A stretch of 64,000 nucleotides of DNA from Raja brachyura. Lineage: Eukaryota. Under the pieces are notes generated by a model that was not told the origin of the DNA, did not search any database, and worked only from the letters and a program-made list of their open reading frames with translations. Location of the stretch: NCBI GenBank assembly GCA_963514005.1, contig OY740787.1, positions 84,940,001-85,004,000 of the forward strand. Direction: 5' to 3'. Shown one piece after another: positions 61,850 to 64,000 of this stretch (its first letter is position 1; each line of letters opens with the position of its first letter). The translations under genes and the position numbers were made by a program.

Positions 61850-62270
61850 TTTCACAAACTATTATCCAAATCTTCGTCAAAGAAGAATATCCAAAATTTT
61901 GGAAAGGCCCTATAACCCCCACAATTAAAATGTGGATTATGGAAATGTCGGAGACCCTACACCTGGAAAGAATCAGATTTGTCTTAATGGACAAACAAGA
62001 ACTTTTTGTTAGAATATGGTCTTCATTCATCGATTATTTGAAGGGGTAGATTGATTTGGCACAGGAACCTAACTGAAACTTGAACTAAGGATTAGATGAA
62101 AAGTTTTACTTTATAATCTTCGAACCTATCCCTAATTATTTATTATTATAAATCATTCCATTCTTTTTTTTAAATCTTGACATTTGTGGGGTTTTTTCTT
62201 TCTTTCTTACTTTCTATCTATTTAAAAAAAATTAGAATCAGAATTAATCCACAATTGATAATATTAATAA
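61850..62270 (+). mobile_element. L1/Tx1-like 3' fragment (same family as 8975-9680)
   Basis: KFWKGPITPTIKMWIMEMSETLHLERIRFVLMDK...IWSSFIDYLKG*. Confidence 0.8.
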
Positions 62271-63874
62271 AGTAAGATCCTAAGAAGCGTTTTTTTTTTA
62301 AATGAGAGAGATGTAGAGTGGTGGCAAGAGAAGGAAAATTGGGGACTAAAGATTAGGCCGCAATAAATGCAATGGAAGCCGGGAATATTCAAGATGACAG
62401 AAACAGGAATTTCTGAGGAGATTGCAGAGATAGGGAGAGTGAAAGCCTCAAATCTGAATATTAAAACACATGCATTTCAGTCAGTAAGTCAAGATGGAAT
62501 ATAAACCATGTGCTGAATGAGCTCAGAATTAACCCGTGTTGCAAAGTGGCGATCAGGCAGGAATGCAAAGTATAATGGTCACGTCTAAAATTGGCAAAGA
62601 CATGGTGGTGAATTTGCTCAGCAAACAGTGTGCAACCAGGAAGGAGGAAATGGCAGGTGACATTTTGAAATGGACAGTGTGGACCATAGGGTCTGTTCCT
62701 GTGCTGAACTGTTCCAAATGACGGAGCAAATAGTGGCTGTGAAACTCATCAGATGCAAATGGTCAGATTCAGCAGCTGAACAAAGGGAGAAAGACAAACT
62801 TTGAGAGAAGGCGTATACAGTATGCTACTCCTTAAATTCCCCTTTCCCCCTTAAAGTAAGTATTCCAGACTATGACCAAATGAGAGTGGCCTAAATATAA
62901 CCAAAAAACTCAATTTCCTTGTTTATTCAACTTTATTTCGGGAGAGTTTTGCTTGGGATTCAAGACAGTCTCAACTGTCCTCCACTTAACCAAGTCTGCA
63001 GAGCATCACCTTTTCCTTGATTAAATGCTACCAGTAACTTCATATGAAACTATAAACCCACTACAAATATACCTTTTCAATTGACAAACCACTGATAAAA
63101 GCCCCAGAAAGGGTGCAGGTGAAGAACCTTTCTATTCTTTGGAATAAGTTCTGTCGAACTTGCTGCAAAAATGTTGCTCTTAAAGGTTGAATTCGATGTT
63201 CAATTATTCATCAAAATATATCATTATCACTTTTGTGCCAACAAGATGGGTCTCGGCCTGAAACATCACCCATGCCTTCTCTCCAGAGGTGCTGCCTGGC
63301 CCGATGTTACTCCAGCATTTTGTGTCTCTCTTAAGTGTAAACTAGCATCTGCAGTTCCTTCCTACACATATATAGATTCTCACACAGTTTCTGCTTTGGA
63401 ATTAAGAGGACTTGAAGTCCTGTACATAAACATTTAGTCTTAATTCATTTTGTAGGACTAAGTGGGCCTTTGGCTAGGTGACGAGATAACATACATAATA
63501 TATGACCTGGCATATTTCAAGTGAAAATAGTATTTGAATCAAACAATATTCCTGGAATCCCCTAAATCTCCTGATGAAAATTGAGCTCTGAAGTATTATG
63601 TAACACTTCATAATCAACATCTAAAAGCTGCAAACCTACCTGACGAAGATACAGAAGCATTAATAACTACGTAATTCAATTCAATTAAGGAAAATGGAGG
63701 GAATTGGGGCAATTTCCTCGGACTAAGTAAGAACAGATGTCACATTAATGGTATGAATGGATTATGGAGATGAAGGCAGTGGTGGTACACTTGGAAACCT
63801 AAATTTTCTGAGTGTAATTCTGACACTCACTTATTTCAATCACACAATCATAGATTCCAATGCAGGATACCAAC

Positions 63875-64000
63875 CTGTTAAACCGCGTCTGGAGGAAATC
63901 GCAGCTCCCACATCTGCCTTCCTTTCCGTGCCCTTCAAACTGCTCCGGTTAAACCAGTTCAGTTCTTTTCGGCGTTGGACCAGGGTTCGTTTGAGAGGTT
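63875..64000 (-). CDS. FTCDNL1: FTCDNL1 penultimate coding exon (truncated by window edge)
   Basis: Minus strand translates PLKRTLVQRRKELNWFNRSSLKGTERKADVGAAISSRRGLT-G, matching the FTCDNL1 motif KRxLVQRRKxLxWF...DxGA...GLTG. GT donor at 63874-63873 after ACAG (phase 1). Confidence 0.88.

Overview
Eukaryotic, repeat-dominated vertebrate DNA. The mix of HE1-type V-SINEs, CR1/HER1-like LINEs and Neptune-type Penelope elements points to a cartilaginous fish, probably a skate or ray (inference). The only host coding sequence I can support is the last two exons of FTCDNL1 on the minus strand (63875-64000 and 59589-60028, with in-phase GT/AG junctions). The other ~59 kb is downstream intergenic sequence. 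It holds a full-length but inactivated Tc1 (DD34E, ~213-bp TIRs), many Penelope fragments and fold-back derivatives carrying minimal hammerhead ribozyme motifs, three non-autonomous Helitrons (two with a 48-bp minisatellite), PIF/Harbinger-type MITEs, two copies of a TA-flanked DNA element, a Gypsy gag-pol remnant, a probable DIRS tyrosine-recombinase relic, Rex1/Babar, L1/Tx1 and CR1 fragments, and an unclassified GC-rich retroposon family with a conserved hairpin and variable tails. Boundaries of degenerate repeats are approximate and were read by eye; no searches were run.
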